DNA of 64,000 bases from an uncultured cyanobacterium (GCA_963740315.1 CAVUDP010000004.1:608001-672000), one strand, 5' to 3'. Counted from the stretch's first letter, positions 30,580 through 41,870 are shown. The notes: generated from the letters alone by a model not told the origin. Made by a program: numbers and translations.

Positions 30580-31488
30580 ATGAAACTTAATACAGAACAA
30601 CTTTTAGGAACTTTAGAATTATTAAGTGAACCTCTTCAAGTATATGACGAAGAAATTGGAGGTAGTTATACAACTTTTTATTGGGATGCATCAATTAAAG
30701 GGAAATTCAATCTTTGGAACTTGATGATTGATGAAAAATATATTCAACCGATTTCACCAGAAATAGTAATTAGCCAATGGATACTTGATGAATGGCTGCA
30801 TCCTATAGTACCTGTTGATAAATATTTGCTGACTCACAAAGAACATTTTTTAGATATAGACTCTAGAATAAGACGATATAAAATATTTCAAAAATTATAT
30901 AGTCTGCTTAGTTTAAACTTGGAAAAATTAGAAGCATTTAACTTTATTTATCGGTTAGGTACTTTAGTTGGTAAGATAAACAATGATAATTGGCTTGTAA
31001 TTTCACCAAATGCTCCTCATATTCAATATTTTCCTTATTGGATTACTTGCTCGAATTTTAAAATAGAAAAGTACCACTCACAAAAAACAATTCAATTGCA
31101 ATCTGCTGTAAAAGAGCTTTTGGAAACCTTAACTCCATTGCAACTATTAAAAAAATATGAAAGAGAAGAATTTTATTTTGATTTCTATTATTCTTATGCA
31201 TTTGCAAAAACTAGAGTCGAAGCTTTTATTCAAGCTTTAAGCAAAGCTAAAATTATACAGGCAAAACGATTTATCAGCTTATCTTCCGATTATCGCCAAC
31301 ATTTTTACAATGGTGACAAACGAAGAAAAACTATATATGTCCTCAATCAATTTCTTCAACAAAAATTATCAAATATCAATGTCTATTATTTCACAAAGTA
31401 CGATAATGACTTTACATATATAATTGGCGAAACATCTGATAATAATTGCTTAGGTGTAAAAATATCTAGGTCTTATAGATACTATTAA
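30580..31488 (+). CDS. Hypothetical protein, divergent nuclease A inhibitor (NuiA)-like, possibly two tandem domains
   Basis: FQKL..LL..NL..L.....LVGK..DNWL.ISP and FL...LSNI.VY.F....TYIIGET.D...LGV resemble NuiA C-terminal motifs (from memory). Confidence 0.5.
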   Translation: MKLNTEQLLGTLELLSEPLQVYDEEIGGSYTTFYWDASIKGKFNLWNLMIDEKYIQPISPEIVISQWILDEWLHPIVPVDKYLLTHKEHFLDIDSRIRRYKIFQKLYSLLSLNLEKLEAFNFIYRLGTLVGKINNDNWLVISPNAPHIQYFPYWITCSNFKIEKYHSQKTIQLQSAVKELLETLTPLQLLKKYEREEFYFDFYYSYAFAKTRVEAFIQALSKAKIIQAKRFISLSSDYRQHFYNGDKRRKTIYVLNQFLQQKLSNINVYYFTKYDNDFTYIIGETSDNNCLGVKISRSYRYY

Positions 31489-31509
31489 TAATTACCGCAA
31501 CTTATTGCT

Positions 31510-31573
31510 GGTGCGTGACGCTACAAACCTTTGATTTGTATACTTCAATCTTTCAAAGCGTCACACACCCTAC
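31510..31573 (-). repeat. Long-loop GTAG REP (right of gene, inverted)
   Basis: GGTGCGTGACGCT..AGCGTCACACACCCTAC. Confidence 0.85.
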
Positions 31574-31642
31574 AAGATTCCTAACCCCTGCCACGGTGGG
31601 TTTTGCTTGTGTAGACGCGGTAACAAAGCGCCGGGTTCTATC

Positions 31643-31756
31643 ATCTCTCTCTAACCTCTTTCTCTGCGCTCTCTGCGTCCTCTGCGGTTAAATAAATACC
31701 AAAATTCTCGTTACCAACCCAAATGCCGGGAGACGTAGCACTGCTACGTCTCTACA
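31643..31756. repeat. CGCAGAG 9-mer repeat unit plus GTAGAGACG-type REP
   Basis: tctctgcgctctctgcgtcctctgcggttaaa; gagacgtagcactgctacgtctctaca. Confidence 0.75.
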
Positions 31757-32611
31757 TCACATCAGTTTCCTAATCCCCTCTTCCAACCCCCGACAAACCC
31801 CAGTCAAAAAATCCAAATCCAAAGTCCCAATCTTATCGCTGGGCTTGTGATAATGAGGATTTCGCATAAATGCAGTATCCGTCACCATCATTGCTCGATA
31901 ACCTGCATCCCAAAATGGCGCATGATCGCTTTGTCGCGTCGCAGAAACCATTTTACCGTTATTCGGAACTGGTAAAAATTCGCTTTTAGTCCCCGATTTA
32001 CGAAAACTGTTGCGGAGTCGAAATAAATCGGGAAGGGTTTTCAAATTACCAATTAAAGCGATAAAATCCCCTGTATTCGGATAAAACTTTTTCAACAACC
32101 GAGCAGGATAAACTTGCGAACCCGGAGTAGAATCGCAGTAACCTAACATTTCCAAGGACATCATCAATCGCAATTTTTGCTTTTCTCGAACTAATTTTGC
32201 TACATAATCCTTACTACCCAACAAACCAGATTCTTCCATATCAAAAGCAACGAGTCGCAAAGGATACTTTGTTGGCTGCGTAGCAAAAATTCTCGCTAAT
32301 TCTAATAAAACTGCCACACCAGTAGCATTATCATCGGCTGCTGGGCTTCCCGGAACGCCATCGTAATGAGCTGCAATTAAAATTGGTGATAAATTGTCCT
32401 TTCCATATTTGGCATCTGAAGGTAAATTCAATATGAGATTTTCACAGACTTTGCTACCAACTTCAAAGGTGTGGATTTCCACACTTCCCCATTGTGAAAA
32501 AGAAGCACGAATGTATTCTTGGACAAAGAAATGTCCTGCTGTTGCTAAATAAGGATCGCGTTCTCGTGCTATTTGAATAAGATGGGCAACGAGTTGTTTT
32601 TTTAAATCCAC
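31757..32611 (-). CDS. M28 family peptidase
   Basis: AAHYD, ADDNATG, FDMEE, SLEMLG, SDHAPFW, NPHYH. Confidence 0.9.
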   Translation of the reverse strand: MDLKKQLVAHLIQIARERDPYLATAGHFFVQEYIRASFSQWGSVEIHTFEVGSKVCENLILNLPSDAKYGKDNLSPILIAAHYDGVPGSPAADDNATGVAVLLELARIFATQPTKYPLRLVAFDMEESGLLGSKDYVAKLVREKQKLRLMMSLEMLGYCDSTPGSQVYPARLLKKFYPNTGDFIALIGNLKTLPDLFRLRNSFRKSGTKSEFLPVPNNGKMVSATRQSDHAPFWDAGYRAMMVTDTAFMRNPHYHKPSDKIGTLDLDFLTGVCRGLEEGIRKLM

Positions 32612-32884
32612 GGATAAACGCCGGAACTATGAAGGATAAAGGATAAAACTTAGATAAGCTATGAAAAATGAATTGTTTTTTCAAGTACTTTTATTACCCC
32701 GTTGAGCGAAAAAATGGATCTTAACTGTTAATGGCTTGTTTGATGGATAAATTCAATTATTTTAAACGTACTAGTTGCCAACAGATAACTTAATTGACAA
32801 TGTATTTCTCAACTGCAAGATACAATAAATCAAGCATTACTTCTAAACATATATTTATAAGACATACTAGGAGAAGCGTAGGGC

Positions 32885-35101
32885 ATGGGCAAGGTAGTAG
32901 GCATCGACTTGGGTACAACAAACTCTGTAGTCGCCGTGATGGAAGGTGGCAAGCCGGTGGTTATTGCCAATGCGGAAGGAATGCGAACCACTCCCTCGGT
33001 TGTGGGCTTTAGCAAAGACGGCGAAAAGGTTGTTGGACAAATGGCGCGAAGACAAACTGTCCTCAATCCTCAGAATACCTTTTTTGCTATCAAGCGTTTT
33101 ATGGGACGTAAATATTCTGAGTTAACTCCAGAATCGAAGCGAGTTCCTTATACAATTCGTAAGGATGAATTTGGTAATATTCAAATTGCATCTCCCCGTG
33201 TAAAGAAGGATTTCGCACCGGAAGAGCTTTCGGCGATGATTCTGAGAAAATTAGCAGATGATGCCAGTAAATATTTAGGAGAAACTGTAACGGGTGCAGT
33301 AATTACCGTTCCTGCTTATTTTAATGATGCCCAGCGACAAGCTACCAGAGATGCAGGTAGAATTGCTGGCTTGGAAGTATTGCGGATTCTTAACGAACCT
33401 ACTGCTGCGGCTTTAGCTTACGGTTTGGATAAAGCCGATAACGAAATCATTTTAGTATTTGACTTGGGTGGTGGAACCTTCGACGTATCTATTTTGGAAA
33501 TCGGCGATGGTGTATTTGAAGTTAAAGCCACATCCGGCGATACTCAATTGGGGGGAAACGATTTTGATAAACGAATTGTCGATTGGTTAGCCGAGAAATT
33601 TTTAGAAGATGAAGGCATAGATTTAAGACGCGATCGCCAAGCTTTACAACGTTTAATGGAAGCTGCGGAAAAGGCAAAAATCGAACTTTCGGCGGTTAGC
33701 GTTACCGATATTAATTTACCTTTTATTACTGCCGACCAGGAAGGACCCAAACATCTAGAAACTCGTTTGACTCGTTCTCAATTTGAGGCAATGTGCGATG
33801 ATTTGTTGGGCAGATTGCGAGTTCCGGTAAAACGAGCGCTTCGAGATGCTGCTATGACACCGCGAGATATTGAAGAAGTTGTACTTGTGGGTGGTTCAAC
33901 CAGGATGCCAATTGTCGAAAAATTGGTGGAAGCAATGATTGGCTTGCAACCCAACCAAAATGTTAACCCCGATGAAGTGGTGGGTGTTGGTGCTGCGGTT
34001 CAAGCAGGTATTCTCGGTGGCGAATTGAAAGATGTATTGCTGCTTGATGTTACTCCCCTATCAATAGGATTGGAAACCATTGGCGGCGTGATGAAAAAGT
34101 TAATTCCTCGCAACACTACCATACCCGTTCGCCGTTCGGATATTTTCTCAACTTCCGAAAACAACCAAAACACCGTGGAAGTCCACGTAGTCCAAGGCGA
34201 ACGAGAAATGGCTGCTGATAACAAAGCTCTCGGACGTTTTAAGCTGTATGGCATTCCTCCCGCGCCTCGGGGAATACCGCAAATTCAGGTATCCTTTGAT
34301 ATTGATGCCAACGGTATTTTACAGGTGACGGCATTAGATAGAACTACGGGAAGAGAACAGAGTATTACGATTCAAGGCGCTTCTAACTTGAGTGAAGCCG
34401 ATATTCAGCAAGCAATTCGGGAAGCCGAGAAATTTGCCGACGTAGATAGACAGCGCAAAGAACGAATTGAAAAGCGTACCCGTGCCGAAGCATTAATTTT
34501 GCAAGCCGAAAGACAGCTTCGAGAAGTTGCGTTAGATTTTGGTATGCAGTTCGCTCGCAATCGTCGTCAGCGAATTGATAATATTTGCCGAGATTTACGC
34601 GATAGTTTAAAGGCAGATGACGATCGAGGAATTGACCAAACTTACGCCGATTTACAAGATGCTTTATCCGACTTAAATAAAGAAGTTCGTCAGTACTACG
34701 CTGAAGACGAAGAAGACGATTTATTCGGCACCATCCGTGATATCTTTATCGGCGATAAAGATCGGGATGACGAATTCTACGATCGCGGCTACGGTAGGGA
34801 TGCCGATCGCGGCTACGGTAGGGATGCCGGTCGCGGTTACGGTAGGGATGCCGATCGCGGTTATGGTAGGGATGCCGATCGCGGTTACGGTAGGGATGCC
34901 GATCGCGGTTATGGTAGGGATGCTGATGCTGATAAGGGTTACAGTGGAAATTCCGCCGATCGGGGCTACGGTAGGGATGGCGATCGCGGTTACGGTAGGG
35001 ATAACAGCTATCCTTCCTATGACAAAGGTAATTCATCGCGTAAACCATCAAAACCCAGCTACCGAGATAATTGGGATGATGAAGATGACGATTGGCTGTA
35101 A
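32885..35101 (+). CDS. dnaK: Chaperone DnaK (cyanobacterial paralogue with long acidic tail)
   Basis: [42 protein letters not shown]. Confidence 0.97.
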   Translation: MGKVVGIDLGTTNSVVAVMEGGKPVVIANAEGMRTTPSVVGFSKDGEKVVGQMARRQTVLNPQNTFFAIKRFMGRKYSELTPESKRVPYTIRKDEFGNIQIASPRVKKDFAPEELSAMILRKLADDASKYLGETVTGAVITVPAYFNDAQRQATRDAGRIAGLEVLRILNEPTAAALAYGLDKADNEIILVFDLGGGTFDVSILEIGDGVFEVKATSGDTQLGGNDFDKRIVDWLAEKFLEDEGIDLRRDRQALQRLMEAAEKAKIELSAVSVTDINLPFITADQEGPKHLETRLTRSQFEAMCDDLLGRLRVPVKRALRDAAMTPRDIEEVVLVGGSTRMPIVEKLVEAMIGLQPNQNVNPDEVVGVGAAVQAGILGGELKDVLLLDVTPLSIGLETIGGVMKKLIPRNTTIPVRRSDIFSTSENNQNTVEVHVVQGEREMAADNKALGRFKLYGIPPAPRGIPQIQVSFDIDANGILQVTALDRTTGREQSITIQGASNLSEADIQQAIREAEKFADVDRQRKERIEKRTRAEALILQAERQLREVALDFGMQFARNRRQRIDNICRDLRDSLKADDDRGIDQTYADLQDALSDLNKEVRQYYAEDEEDDLFGTIRDIFIGDKDRDDEFYDRGYGRDADRGYGRDAGRGYGRDADRGYGRDADRGYGRDADRGYGRDADADKGYSGNSADRGYGRDGDRGYGRDNSYPSYDKGNSSRKPSKPSYRDNWDDEDDDWL
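34781..35005 (+). repeat. 24-bp coding repeat (DRGYGRDA): 6 tandem plus 2 further copies
   Basis: gatcgcggYtaYggtagggatgcc. Confidence 0.95.
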
Positions 35102-35444
35102 CGCCGTTTAAATTAGCTTTTGACGAGCAAATTAGAGGCTAATATACGGGCGGTTAACCCCGCTCTTAGTTATTTAACAATATACTTAGTAAAATAATCC
35201 GGCTTTTAATATTACAAAAGAAAAAAAACTAAACATACAAACGCTTTTTCCTAAGTCTTTTAAAAAATCGTTTTCTTTTTTTTCATCGACTGACAACATC
35301 AATCAAAAGTAAATTGTTTACTCCCTTGCGATCGAAAAGCTGCAAAAGCTCAGCATATGAGGATCGAAAAATAGAATTAAAATTATTTATTAATGTTACT
35401 TACTCCCTATTCCCTCTTACAAATCGAAAGTTAAACAACTTACT

Positions 35445-36431
35445 ATGCAGAACTTGCAGAATTTTCGCGATTACTACGAGATTTTAGGAGTATCTAAAGA
35501 TGCCCCAAATGAGGATATCAAAAAAAGTTATCGGCGATTAGCGCGACAATATCACCCGGATCTTAATCCCGGCAACAAAGCCGCAGAAGAAAAATTTAAA
35601 GATGTAAATGAAGCTTACGAAGTCTTGAGCGATCCAGCTAAACGCGCACAGTACGACCAATTTAGCGTTTTCTGGAAGCAAAATGGCTTCGCTGGTTCAA
35701 AGCCTTCCTCACGCAAGGCCTGGAATCCCCAAGCAAATGGTCGCAATCAAGATGTTAACCCCGCCAAATACGATAATTTTGATACCTTTATCGACCAGGT
35801 TTTTGGGGTAAAGAATAAAACAACTACTAGCGATACGACTAACACTACAAAAACCGATCCATTTCGGACTCCTAGAACAAAAGTTTCTTATACTCCCAAC
35901 TCGCGTCCAACTCGCCGGGATATAGAAGCAAGATTAACTTTACCTCTAGAAAAAGCTTATCAAGGTGGTTTAGAAAGAATTCGTCTCGAAGATGGACGTT
36001 CTTTAGAAGTTAATATGCCTCCAGGAATGGTAACGGGACAAACCATCCGCTTGCGAAATCAAGGTATTAGTGGCGGCGATTTATACCTAAAAATTACCGT
36101 ACAACAGCATCATATTTTTAAACTTGACGGCAGCGATATCTTCACTCATGTACCGATTACTCCTTGCGAAGCAGTTCTAGGAGGACAAGTAGAAGCACCA
36201 ACTTTAGATGGATTGGTAAAAATGACAATTCCCCCAGGAGTTAGATCCGGTCAAAGATTGCGCTTAGAAGGTAAAGGTTATCCCAACGAAAAAGGAAAAC
36301 GCGGCAACCAACTCGTAGAAATTCAAATAATTACTCCTGCACCTAAAAATATTAGTTCTCAGGAACGCGAGCTTTACGAAAAGTTACGCGAAATTGAAAC
36401 TTTCAAACCTCGTAACGATTTACTGAGATAA
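35445..36431 (+). CDS. dnaJ: DnaJ class B co-chaperone (CbpA-like, no Zn finger)
   Basis: [13 protein letters not shown]-terminal EAVLGG.VE.PTLDG. Confidence 0.9.
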   Translation: MQNLQNFRDYYEILGVSKDAPNEDIKKSYRRLARQYHPDLNPGNKAAEEKFKDVNEAYEVLSDPAKRAQYDQFSVFWKQNGFAGSKPSSRKAWNPQANGRNQDVNPAKYDNFDTFIDQVFGVKNKTTTSDTTNTTKTDPFRTPRTKVSYTPNSRPTRRDIEARLTLPLEKAYQGGLERIRLEDGRSLEVNMPPGMVTGQTIRLRNQGISGGDLYLKITVQQHHIFKLDGSDIFTHVPITPCEAVLGGQVEAPTLDGLVKMTIPPGVRSGQRLRLEGKGYPNEKGKRGNQLVEIQIITPAPKNISSQERELYEKLREIETFKPRNDLLR

Positions 36432-36548
36432 TTCGTTAAGAATTGAAACTCAAATTTATAAATATTTATATTCAAGATTTCATGGCTTGCAACATAAAGA
36501 TAGTTTTAAAATATTAGAAAAAACTGTCTGCAAGGTAACGAATTAGCC

Positions 36549-37091
36549 GTGAACCAAAATGGGACAATACCAAGCCGCACTTATCCAACCTACTACTCTT
36601 TGCTAGGTTTGCATCCAGCGGCTTCAGTAATCGAAATCCGTCGTGCTTATCGAGAACTTAGCAAGCGCTATCATCCCGATACTACCGATTTACCAAAAAA
36701 ACTTGCTACTGCAAAATTTCAAGAACTCAACGAAGCTTACGCCACTTTGAGCAATCCCCAGAAACGTTTAACTTACGACCTGAAAATGGGCTATTCGCGC
36801 TTCGGAGTAATTCAACCACCCTCCGACTTAAACATTCCGGTTTCTCAAAGTCGTCATTCATCTAAATCCGCTTACCTCGATCCTACCGATCGCCCCCTTT
36901 CACCGGGAGAGGTTTTTGCTTTATTCATTTTAGGGTTAACTTTTTTAGGATGTTTGTTGCTAGTAATAGCAGTAGGTTTGACTAGAGGTGAAGCCGCATT
37001 TCAAACCACAATAGAGCAACCAGATATTATAGTACAGCAGCAAATAATTAATCCAAATCCCTCAAATATTGTAAATAAATTTAATAATTAA
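36549..37091 (+). CDS. J-domain protein with C-terminal TM helix
   Basis: YYSLLGL, YHPD, FQELNEAY; hydrophobic segment. Confidence 0.88.
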   Translation: MNQNGTIPSRTYPTYYSLLGLHPAASVIEIRRAYRELSKRYHPDTTDLPKKLATAKFQELNEAYATLSNPQKRLTYDLKMGYSRFGVIQPPSDLNIPVSQSRHSSKSAYLDPTDRPLSPGEVFALFILGLTFLGCLLLVIAVGLTRGEAAFQTTIEQPDIIVQQQIINPNPSNIVNKFNN

Positions 37092-37100
37092 GTTTTTTCA

Positions 37101-37337
37101 GGTCAAAGGTCAAAGGTTAAAGGTTAAAGGTTAAAGGTTAAAGGTCAAAGGTTAAAGGTCAAAGGTTAAAGGTTATATAACTCCTAATTCCTAACTCCCT
37201 ACTCCCTACTCCCTGCTCCCTGCTCCTAACTCCTAACTCCTAACTCCTAACTTTCTACTCCCGACTCCCGACTTCCGACTCCCTACTCCTGACTTGTTTA
37301 ATCCAAAATCGTTGTTAAAATCTAAAATCTAAAATCC
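37101..37337. repeat. Mosaic of heptamer STRRs (AAAGGTY, ACTCCYR, TCTAAAA)
   Basis: Visible tandem arrays. Confidence 0.9.
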
Positions 37338-37339
37338 TT

Positions 37340-37612
37340 ATGTATCTTCTAAACTCAGAAACTCCACTATATAACCATCCACTTCCCCAGATTGAACAAT
37401 GGCTAGAAAACCAAGGCTGTCAGCAAGACCCGAAAAACTTGCATTTATGGCGCATAAAGAAACCGACTTGGGAAGCAGAAATTTGGCTTGATATTAAAGA
37501 AATTATAGTCCGATACATAGATGCAGCAACAGATAAAGAAGACATCCAGCGATCGTTTCAATATTCTCTCAGCCGCCAAGACATAGAAGAAGCAATTTTT
37601 TCTGGACCGTAG
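37340..37612 (+). CDS. DUF3143 domain protein
   Basis: TPLYNHPLPQIEQWL..QGC, W.AE, RSF.YSLSRQDIE.AIF.GP. Confidence 0.85.
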   Translation: MYLLNSETPLYNHPLPQIEQWLENQGCQQDPKNLHLWRIKKPTWEAEIWLDIKEIIVRYIDAATDKEDIQRSFQYSLSRQDIEEAIFSGP

Positions 37613-37775
37613 GGGGATGGGAAGAGGGGGAGATGGGGAGATGGGGAGATGGGGAAGAGGGGGGAGATGGGGTAGATAATTCCTAACTCCTCACCTTTAA
37701 CCTTTAACCTTTAACCTTTAACCTTTAACCTTTAACCTTTAACCTTTGACCTTTAACCTACCCCCCATGCCCAAT
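37613..37775. repeat. STRR mosaic (GGGGAGAT, ACCTTTA x~9)
   Basis: Visible tandem arrays between convergent genes. Confidence 0.9.
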
Positions 37776-37779
37776 GCCG

Positions 37780-38529
37780 TTAAACTTTCCCAAACCGCCG
37801 TTCTCTTTGTTGATAGGCGGACAATGCTTTGGTGAATTCGCTGCGGTCAAAATCGGGCCATAAAGTATCGGTAAAATATATTTCTGAATAAGCTAATTGC
37901 CATAAAAGAAAATTACTCAGGCGCATTTCACCGCTGGTACGAATAATTAAATCTGGGTCGCAATGTCCGGCGGTATAAAGATGATTTTCAAATGTTGCTT
38001 CATCAATTTCGTCAGGTCGAAGTAATCCTTTGTCTACTTTTTCGGCAATTTCTCGACAAGCTTGGAGAATTTCTTGTCTGCCCCCATAATTGGTAGCAAC
38101 ATTAAAATCAATACCGCGATTGTCTTTGGTTTCTTCCATTGAACGGCTAATTTCTGCTTGTAAGGCATTTGGCAAAGCCTTTAAATTTCCTACAAAGCCG
38201 ATTCTTACGTTCTCTTGTCGCATTTCTCGCAACTCTTGACGCAAAACCCTTTGGAACAAGGTCATCAAAAACTCAACTTCTTCTTGCGGTCTACCCCAAT
38301 TTTCGGTGGAAAAAGCATAAGCAGTCAGTGCTTTTATCCCCCAATCTTTACAGCAGCGGAGCAAATCTTTAAGAATATCAACTCCCCGCTTGTGACCCAT
38401 AATACGAGGTAAACCCCTACGTTTAGCCCATCGACCATTGCCATCCATGATTACCGCAACGTGCTGGGGTAGTAGTTCTTTTTTTAAATTACTTGGCAAA
38501 TATTCTAGATTTGGTGATTGTGCTGTCAT
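37780..38529 (-). CDS. uppS: Undecaprenyl diphosphate synthase
   Basis: [33 protein letters not shown]. Confidence 0.96.
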   Translation of the reverse strand: MTAQSPNLEYLPSNLKKELLPQHVAVIMDGNGRWAKRRGLPRIMGHKRGVDILKDLLRCCKDWGIKALTAYAFSTENWGRPQEEVEFLMTLFQRVLRQELREMRQENVRIGFVGNLKALPNALQAEISRSMEETKDNRGIDFNVATNYGGRQEILQACREIAEKVDKGLLRPDEIDEATFENHLYTAGHCDPDLIIRTSGEMRLSNFLLWQLAYSEIYFTDTLWPDFDRSEFTKALSAYQQRERRFGKV

Positions 38530-39446
38530 TTTTTATCCCGAGAAGCGCTCGATGGTAAACCGAGTAAACGTGAAATTAGTGCAGTTGACTTACTACGAAT
38601 TTGACGACCCAAACTAAATAAACCGGGAGCTACAGCTTCCCGATCCACAGTCGGAGAAAATCGAGTTTCTAAAGACTCTCTCAACTTCGTGATTGTTAAT
38701 GGTCTATTTAGAGTTCCCCTTTCTGCTAAAGAAATAGAACCTGTTTCCTCTGATACAACGACGCAAATACAATTTTCCACACGCTCAGTAATTCCCATTG
38801 CTGCCCGGTGCCGAGTTCCCAACTGACGGGAAGCCGTGCGTCCCGAAAGAGGCAAAATTATACCACTGGATACAATCCGAGAACCACGTATTAATGTTGC
38901 ACCATCATGCAAAAGGGTTTTGGGTTGAAAAATTGTTTGCAGCAGTTCTTTGGAAACTTCAGCATTCAGTTTAACTCCCGGTACGGAAAAATCCCGTTCA
39001 TCAATTGGACCAGTGGTTTCTATAATCACTAAAGCCCCAATCCGATTTTTTGAGAGTTCTCTAACCGCATCAACAATTTCATCAATTACACTATACGATT
39101 TCGGCACTGCCAAACTTGAAGTTTGAAACAACTGCCGAAATTCACCACGCCCCAACTGTTCTAAAAAACGGCGAAACTCCGACTGAAGAGTTATCGCCAT
39201 TGCTACAGCACAACCATATACCAAGCTTTGCAAGACAAAATTTAATAGTTGTAACTGTAAAAAGCCACTTACAGCTGAAGCTAGCATCAACATAATAAAC
39301 CCTCGCACCATCCATAAAGTACGACGTTCGCTGATAATTACTAGCATCATGTAGGTTAGCGCCAGCACTAACATGATATCCAGAGTCTTTAACAAAGACT
39401 GCGACCATCCCAGGTTTGCCAGCCATTGTTTCCATAAATTCCCCAT
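38526..39446 (-). CDS. cdaA: Diadenylate cyclase
   Basis: [19 protein letters not shown]; three N-terminal TM segments; lysA-cdaA-uppS synteny. Confidence 0.95.
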   Translation of the reverse strand: MGNLWKQWLANLGWSQSLLKTLDIMLVLALTYMMLVIISERRTLWMVRGFIMLMLASAVSGFLQLQLLNFVLQSLVYGCAVAMAITLQSEFRRFLEQLGRGEFRQLFQTSSLAVPKSYSVIDEIVDAVRELSKNRIGALVIIETTGPIDERDFSVPGVKLNAEVSKELLQTIFQPKTLLHDGATLIRGSRIVSSGIILPLSGRTASRQLGTRHRAAMGITERVENCICVVVSEETGSISLAERGTLNRPLTITKLRESLETRFSPTVDREAVAPGLFSLGRQIRSKSTALISRLLGLPSSASRDKK

Positions 39447-39614
39447 GACATCTGGATTACGCGCTAATTTTGAAGGATATATTGCTCAAAGTATAAAGAA
39501 TATAGATGCCCTCTGGGCAACTTTCCCGCATAGTAACACGAAGTATGAAATATGAAATAGTTGATTTTTTCAGCCTTCATATCTGACTACGGTGAAGCCA
39601 TTATCCTTTATTCT

Positions 39615-41045
39615 TTATTGTTCGTTTTTTTTGAGTCGTTCTGGTAAGCAATCTTGCCGAATCAAGTCTTGATATGATTCGCGTTGCAATATTAAACTTG
39701 CTTCACCATTCGCAACTAAAACTGCTGCCGGTCGCGGCAAACGGTTGTAATTGGATGACATACTGTAATTGTATGCACCAGTTGCCATTACCACGAGAAT
39801 ATCTCCTGGTTCTGTTGTTGGAAGTTGGGCATCTTTAATTAGGATATCTCCCGATTCGCAATGTTTACCAGCAATTGTGACTTTTTCGGTAAATGGCGCG
39901 GACATTTTATTCGCTACCACCGCTCGATAAATTGACTGATAGGTAATTGGACGTGGATTATCTGACATTCCACCGTCTACAGCAATATACTTACGTATTC
40001 CGGGAATTTCCTTCGATGCACCAATACTATATGCTGTAACGCAGGTTGTACCGATTAAAGAACGTCCCGGTTCGCATAACAATTTTGGTAAAGGAAGATT
40101 AGCGCTTTCACAGGTTTTTTCGATTTCCTCACAAATCGGCTTCACCCATTCGGATATAGTCGGTGGATCGTCCGATTCTATATATCTTATTCCTAAACCG
40201 CCACCAACGTTTAATTCGGTAATTTGTATACCATAAGTTGATGCCCTCTTGAGCCACTCAACCATCAGAGCAGCTAAATCTTGATGAGGTTGACGTTCAA
40301 AAATTTGCGAGCCAATGTGAGCGTGCAAACCAACGCAGTTAAGTGCATGTTGATTTTTACTCACAAAAGTAAACACATCATCAAGTGCATTCGGATCGAA
40401 ACCAAATTTACTATCTAACTGTCCCGTGCGGATGTAATCGTGGGTATGACAATCAATACCCGGAGTCAGACGCAACATGATGCGGTATGGCGAGAAGTTT
40501 GAAGAACTATTCTTATTCTCCGATGCCAGTTCTACTAAAGTATTTAACTCATACCAGTTATCCACCACAATAGTACAGCCAGATTCGACCGCAAAAATTA
40601 ACTCTTCACGAGATTTATTGTTGCTATGAAGGTAAATTTTCTCGGCATTAGCGCCACTATGAATAGCGGTATATAATTCGCCACCAGAAGCTACATCTAT
40701 TCCCAAACCTTCAGAATCAACGATCGCGCACACCGCCAAACAATTCCATGCTTTGGAAGCGTACAATACCTGGGATTCACCTTTATAGTATTGCTTGAAA
40801 CTATCGCGATACTGACGGCAAGCTGTCCGCAAGCTTTCTTCGTCCAAAATATATAGTGGAGAACCAAACTGAAGAACCAGAGTAGTTACATCACAACCCC
40901 CTATTTCTAAATTGTCGTTCTTATTAACCTTGGCACTGATTGGTAGAAGCGATTGATTGGGCGAAACACCTTCTTTCTTATTTGCCTCCGATAGTATATA
41001 TTTACTACCATTGATTTGAACCCCAACTGGATGAGTCGATACCAT
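39615..41045 (-). CDS. lysA: Diaminopimelate decarboxylase
   Basis: YASKA, SKFG, HAHIGSQ, EPGRS, HCESGD, GAYNYSM.SNYN; start at ATG 41045. Confidence 0.95.
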   Translation of the reverse strand: MVSTHPVGVQINGSKYILSEANKKEGVSPNQSLLPISAKVNKNDNLEIGGCDVTTLVLQFGSPLYILDEESLRTACRQYRDSFKQYYKGESQVLYASKAWNCLAVCAIVDSEGLGIDVASGGELYTAIHSGANAEKIYLHSNNKSREELIFAVESGCTIVVDNWYELNTLVELASENKNSSSNFSPYRIMLRLTPGIDCHTHDYIRTGQLDSKFGFDPNALDDVFTFVSKNQHALNCVGLHAHIGSQIFERQPHQDLAALMVEWLKRASTYGIQITELNVGGGLGIRYIESDDPPTISEWVKPICEEIEKTCESANLPLPKLLCEPGRSLIGTTCVTAYSIGASKEIPGIRKYIAVDGGMSDNPRPITYQSIYRAVVANKMSAPFTEKVTIAGKHCESGDILIKDAQLPTTEPGDILVVMATGAYNYSMSSNYNRLPRPAAVLVANGEASLILQRESYQDLIRQDCLPERLKKNEQ

Positions 41046-41134
41046 AACGATATAAATTGTATGTGTTTGAATTCTGGGCGACATTTGTCTCCCGTTTTCC
41101 AGTGTACAAAGGGCGATGTACTATAACCAATAAA

Positions 41135-41647
41135 GTGAACTTATTTGAGCTAAAAATCCAACCTTTATCAAAAGCGCATCTATCCGCAATTCTCGAATTA
41201 GATAAATCTTGCTTTGGCGGCTTATGGTCTAAAGATGCCTACTGTCGGGAAATGGATAGTCCAAACAGCGAGATACAAGGTATATTTTCCCCCAAAACTG
41301 GCGAAAAGCTTTTGGGAATGGGTTGTTTTTGGTCAATCTTAGAAGAAGCCCACATTACAATTTTGGCAATAGATTCTCATTATCGCCGTCAAGGAATGGG
41401 CGCGGCTTTACTTTACTCTCTTCTGGCGGCAGCTCGCGATCGCGGTTTAGAAAGAGCGACTTTGGAAGTGCGGGTTTCCAATCAAGCAGCAATTTCTTTA
41501 TACGAAAAATTTGGATTCAAGACAGCAGGGAGAAGGCGACGTTATTACCAAGACAACGGTGAAGACGCTTTAATTCTTTGGCTTGGAGGCATACATCAGC
41601 CAGATTTTCCAGACACTTTAGCTAAACAGTTGGGAGTTAGTTGTTAG
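41135..41647 (+). CDS. rimI: Ribosomal-protein-alanine N-acetyltransferase
   Basis: EAHIT.LAI...YRRQG.G, LEVRVSN..A..LY.KFGF, YY.D.GEDA; GTG start 41135. Confidence 0.9.
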   Translation: MNLFELKIQPLSKAHLSAILELDKSCFGGLWSKDAYCREMDSPNSEIQGIFSPKTGEKLLGMGCFWSILEEAHITILAIDSHYRRQGMGAALLYSLLAAARDRGLERATLEVRVSNQAAISLYEKFGFKTAGRRRRYYQDNGEDALILWLGGIHQPDFPDTLAKQLGVSC

Positions 41648-41687
41648 TTGTTAGTTGTTAGTAGTGCGAGCGTCTCGCTCGCTATCA

Positions 41688-41870
41688 ATCTCCCCTAGTC
41701 CCCATCTCCCCTAGTCCCCATCTCCCCTAGTCCCCATCTCCCCTAGTCCCCATCTCCCCTAGTCCCCATCTCCCCTAGTCCCCATCTCCCCTTGTCCCCT
41801 TGTCCCCTTGTCCCCATCTCCCCTTCCCCCTCTTCCCCCTCTCCCCCATCTCCCCCCTCTCCCCATTCCC
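41688..41870. repeat. 16-bp tandem repeat ATCTCCCCTAGTCCCC x6 plus C-rich octamers
   Basis: Visible tandem array. Confidence 0.9.

Noticed and set aside
32794..32826. TTGACA and TACAAT upstream of dnaK
   Set aside because: 21-bp spacing is too long for a sigma70 promoter pair.
34737..35111. Alternative-frame ORFs and CRISPR-like look of the 24-bp repeat
   Set aside because: Repeats are tandem with no spacers and vary mainly at synonymous positions of the dnaK frame; the other frames are shadows.
37101..37757. Inverted AAAGGTT arrays around DUF3143
   Set aside because: Only simple heptamer arrays, each explained as a 3' STRR of the convergent flanking genes; no unique shared core.
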